DNA of 64,000 nt. It comes from Emiliania huxleyi CCMP1516. Lineage: Eukaryota. Shown piece by piece: positions 59,889 to 64,000 of the stretch; position 1 is the stretch's first letter; each line of letters starts with the position of its first letter. Position numbers and translations under genes: made by a program. Under the pieces are notes generated by a model. The model ran no database searches, was not told the DNA's origin, and saw only the letters and a program-made list of their open reading frames with translations. Where the stretch lies: contig NW_005201213.1 of assembly GCF_000372725.1 (NCBI RefSeq), positions 124,001 to 188,000 on the forward strand, read 5' to 3'.

Positions 59889-60287
59889 CGCTACAACGAA
59901 TTGGGCGACGAAGGGGAGGGAGCGATTCGAGATGCGGTGAGCGGGCGGGTAGGGTTCGAGCTCTTGATGTGAGTGGGCTCGAGAAGGAAGGTGCATGAAA
60001 TCGGACGGTCTAATTGTAGCTTTTTGCGCAGCGGCGCCGCCAGGCGCCCGCCCCGGCGGTGAGCGACGCGTAGCGAGCGAACCGCCGGGGTGGGCGGCTC
60101 CGCGGACCACCTTTTGCTCGGCGCGGGCGTTGGTGCGAAAAAAAGAAATTTCGCTACCGTCCCACCCAGCGCCTGCGCTCGGAAGGCCGCGAAAAATTAG
60201 AGCCCGCGATTTGCGTTTTTCAGCAGGGGGCTGACCACCTCCGCCGCGCTGCCTCCGCCGCGCCAGCCGTTGCCGCCACATCGGCTT

Positions 60288-60560
60288 ATCCTCGCCCCGA
60301 TGTCGGCAGCGAGCTGGCTTTCCGGCTCCTCGCTCGGCGGCACAGCGCGCAGCTATGCTACACGCCGATGATCCGGTCCGAGGAGTTTGCCGTCCCCTGC
60401 TGGAGCGCCAGCCGACGACTGCCCGCTGGTCGCCCACTCTTCGGGCAACGACCCGCAGACGCTGCTCGACGCTGCGAGGCAGGCCGAGCGCTGCCGCGGC
60501 GTGGTGGCGGTCGACCTCAACCTCGGCTGCCCTCAGCGCGCCGCGCGGAGCGGCAGGTTT
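60288..60560 (+). pseudogene. tRNA-dihydrouridine synthase (DUS1-like) 5' fragment, frameshifted and truncated
   Basis: ILAPM/..SELAFRLLARRHSAQLCYTPMI.../DDCPLVAHSSGNDPQTLL...AVDLNLGCPQRAARSGRF, then an abrupt end. Confidence 0.8.
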
Positions 60561-61067
60561 GACCGCCGCGCCAGCCTTGAGAAGCAGCTGGACGCACTCG
60601 AGGTGGCCCTCCTGGCACGCCATGAACAGCGGCGTAGCGCCGTCCTCATCGGCCTGATTGACCACCGCGCCCGCCTCGAGCAGCAGCCGGGCGCAGCTGA
60701 GCTCACCCTCCTGGCTTGCAATGAGCAGCGGCGTGGCGCCGTTCTGCCTGGGCTTGGCCGACCGCCGCATTGGCCTCGAGGAACAGCCGGACGCACTCGA
60801 GGTGGCCCCTCTCGCACGCGAGGAAGAGAGCGGAGGCGGCGTCCCCGTCAGCCGCCCCAACGCTCGCGCCGCCCTCGAGCAGCAGCCGCACCGCCTCGGC
60901 GCTTGCCCGTGACGAGCGGCCCAGGTGAGCAGCGTGTCTTGCTTCTCGGTCGGGTGCCGCGCGTCGAGCCTGCCGCGTGTCTGTCGCCCGGAGAGGAGGG
61001 CGAGCAGCGAGCCCAGATCGCCCCGTGCCAGGTCGGGCAGCAGGGCTGGGCCGCCGGCGCCGCTCAT
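60558..61067 (-). pseudogene. Ankyrin-repeat gene 5' fragment, frameshifted and truncated
   Basis: TLLTWAARHG, ALFLACERGHLECVRL, GATPLLIASQEG and GATPLFMACQEGHLECVQLLL spread across different frames. Confidence 0.75.
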
Positions 61068-62997
61068 GACGCGGGGTGACCGAATTCTTTTTGCCGCATG
61101 GAGCTCGGAGGGAGCTCTGTTGTAAAATTTCCGAGCAAAAACGCGCTGACATATGCCGCCGAGCTCCGAGCCGCGATTGTTTTCGTATGTACCGTGCGAG
61201 AGAGAAGCCACAACATGGACGGCCGACCACTTGAGGCAAACTGCGGGTAAATAAATATTTTTGAAGGGATGAACGCGAGCTCGCGGGGTCCACGAAAGCA
61301 CCCCGTGGCGGTGTCAGAACCGCCCTCTTTGACCCTGGGGGGCCGAATCTGCGCCCTCTGGGCCCCGGCGGCGGTCCCAGTGAGGGCCGGCACGCGGGCT
61401 CCGCCGACGCTCTCGCAACGCAGGTCGCGCCGCGCGCCTCCCGGACGAAGCGTGTTGGTGCGCGACGGCGATCCTCGCCTGCGGGGAGCGGAGCACACGC
61501 GTCGGATGGCGAGGGCAGCACAAATATTGCACTCACGTCCCAGTATGGCAGCAGCCGGACGGGTTGGGTGGCGTGAGGGCAGGGTGGTGAGGATGATTCC
61601 ACAGATCTCGCTGAACATGGCCGTGTCCTTCTCGCACTAGCTACATAGATCGTCAGCAGTAGGCGTGCTCAGAGCCCGGATTTGGGCCCATTCGCCAAAG
61701 GGCTCGAGAATGGCGCCCGGCAACGTGCAGCTGCAGGCCAGAGGGCGTGAGGTGAGGCCGAATCCGCAGTCGCACGAGCACCGCTGCCCCCAGCGGTGAT
61801 CATGCATGGAGTGGCACGGCGGATAGGCCCGCCTGCGAGCGTGGAAGACAGTCGCGGGGCGTGAGGTCTCAATGTATCGCAGGCTAGGACCGGATACGGC
61901 GGCGCGGGAGAGGGAGGGAAGCGTGAGCGGCGGGCGATGAGAGTGATTTCCCCGATCTCGCTAAAAATGGCCTAGTCCCCTCACGGGGGGAGGCAGGCGA
62001 GCACGCACCTCGCGTCCGAGCGCGAGTCGACGAGTGGTCGCCGAGAGATCGCCGAACCACGTTTCGAGTGCGCGCGCACACAGCACAGCTGCGGGTTGTA
62101 ACTCGACTGCCGATCGCGCGCGCGGGATGTAAATGCAGCTCGCTGGCGCCAGGTGCACGGTGGCAGGGACTGGAGGCTCGGCCGAAGGGGAAGAGCAGTC
62201 CTCAATCGTCACGTAGAGGTCACTGGGCTGGATCCATCGAACTGCCACACACCTGGAGCGGAGGCACATCAGGTCTTGCGGCACACTCTCCGACAGATGC
62301 ATGCCTTTTGAGCAAGCCCACGCGCCTCCACCGTCGCGTAGTATGCCAGCGGCACGCCGGTACGCCTACGAGTCGTGCGCGCTCGGCAGTAATCGGCGTT
62401 GAGACTGCCTAGCGCGCACATCGAGAGCGCCGAGTTGTGTTGCCGCGAGGAATCCTGCTCGAAGATGGGGTCCGAGCGGCGCTTGATCGCATGGGATGGA
62501 TCAGTGGGGCTATCACGTGGGTTGGCGTGCTCAGTCAGGAGTTGGCGTGTGTGTGGGAGATTCACGCCCGTCGCTCAACATCTGTTGAAAAACTGTTCGC
62601 TGAGCAAGCTCACGGTCGAGCGGGCTTGACGCGCGCTTCAGGATAGCAAGAGGCGTGCCCACTCCCCTGAGGAGCGTGCGGGCACGCCTGGGTATCGTTG
62701 TGGAGCGACCATGGACTGGGATGACAGCCGGCGAAGCGCTGCGCCAAAACCATGGCTCCGAAAAGCGTCCGCCCTCGGCGGGCTGGACGCTTCACGGCGG
62801 AGGCTGTGAAGTCGCGGCATCGAGTTCAACCTGAGCGCACGCACGCACCGTGCTGGGGAGGAGTTGGCCTGCGAGCGGCGAGCGCTCCCAAGCGCGCGGC
62901 GCCCCGTTCTGGCCATCTTGCGCTTTACCACCACAAAATCGCCTCCATTTTGCGCGCCTCCGGCGCTTCGCTTGTCTTGTGAGCCTGTCTTGTGAGC

Positions 62998-63180
62998 CTG
63001 TCTCGCGTCCACCCATACCGCGTTGGTGTCCAGTCCGAGCCTGGCTGTTCTTCACCTTTCTACCTACCTACCTTGGCGTACACATAACTCAAGGCCACAT
63101 CCTCCTCCCTGTCGCCCCCCCCCAGCACTCCACCGTGCCAAAGGAACAAACAAGAGCACAACATCACAACACACAACAGG
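62998..63180. repeat. Second copy of the dispersed repeat, possibly a mobile-element terminus
   Basis: See 49575-49820. Confidence 0.75.
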
Positions 63181-64000
63181 AAGTAACCGACGATGTGAGA
63201 AAAAGACTCGCTAAACAAAAGAAACATTCGTTCCGGACCCCCTTGCTCCCCAGCCTCCCCCCCTCGGGAGGGCCGAACAGAGGCGCCCGTGGGGACCCCG
63301 CAATGCCCTTCCCCCCTCGGAGGGGGCCGGACGAGGCGTACCCCGAGGGCCCCACCCTTTCCTTCGCATAGCGGCCACTCTACGGATCGCTGGTCGAGCG
63401 ACCCGGGGGATGCCCCGCGCGCCTGACCCAGGCGCGGAAACGAATCTGCGAGGCGTGGCCGCTCATGCGGCCCGATGGGGAGGAGGGGAAGACGTAGGGC
63501 GTGCTTGCGCGCCTTTCTGAGGCCACTCCAACCCACCCGCGCTAGGTCTCGGGGGACGAAGGGGTCACACCCGACGACCTCGGGAACTAGCCGGGGCAGT
63601 CGGAGAAGTGGCAACTCCGTGCACTGACGGTCGGCCGTCAGAAAACACGCCTCCGTGGCTCGGTTACACCAATCCTCGCTACCCAACGGACCAAAGGAGA
63701 TCCAAGAAAACCAAACCAACAAACATTCGTTCCGGACAAGGAGGTCGACAGCCGCCCCAACAAGCGATGTCGCTGTGGCCAAAGTCGCTTCGTAGACCGC
63801 CGCCGTCGACGCTCCCGGTACCCGCCCGCCCAGCGACCGCAAGCAGCACCCCTCTCCTCGCTCTCCCTCCACACTCAGAGGTCGCTTCACCCCCGTCACA
63901 GGTGTTCCTAGGCGGTGCGGCAGCAGGTGTCGCCACCTTTGTCTTTGTGCAGCCCCTCGTTCTGCCTGCTCTTCTCGGCGGCGCTGCGTGGTGGGCAGTC

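Overview
This is GC-rich eukaryotic DNA with short introns, many GC-AG donors and three N-gaps; it looks like a haptophyte alga, most like Emiliania/Gephyrocapsa huxleyi (inferred from sequence style, not confirmed). The main feature is a ~23.5 kb AT-less modular type I PKS gene (6429-29937, +). Its architecture is FAAL-ACP-[KS-DH-ER-KR-ACP]x3-KS-KR-ACP-sulfotransferase-thioesterase. That resembles an expanded, trans-AT version of the cyanobacterial olefin synthase / CurM terminus and is a candidate for making very-long-chain terminal alkenes or 3-sulfated lipids. Its modules arose from recent 4875-bp tandem duplications. Other genes: UBE2C-type E2, CPP1-like plastid protein, PEBP, SnoaL/NTF2-like protein, a large acidic repeat-rich type I membrane protein, a GDA1/CD39-like apyrase, probable ATP synthase subunit f, a PhyH-like dioxygenase, a CysRS-C-terminal/methyltransferase fusion, an F-box/ankyrin protein and a lipid-anchored ADP-ribosyltransferase-LRR protein. 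There are also fused DUS/ankyrin pseudogenes and several mobile-element pieces (a Foldback/Mutator-like element with 9-bp TSD, a piggyBac-like MITE, retroelement remnants). All calls come from reading motifs by eye; no searches were run and domain boundaries are approximate.
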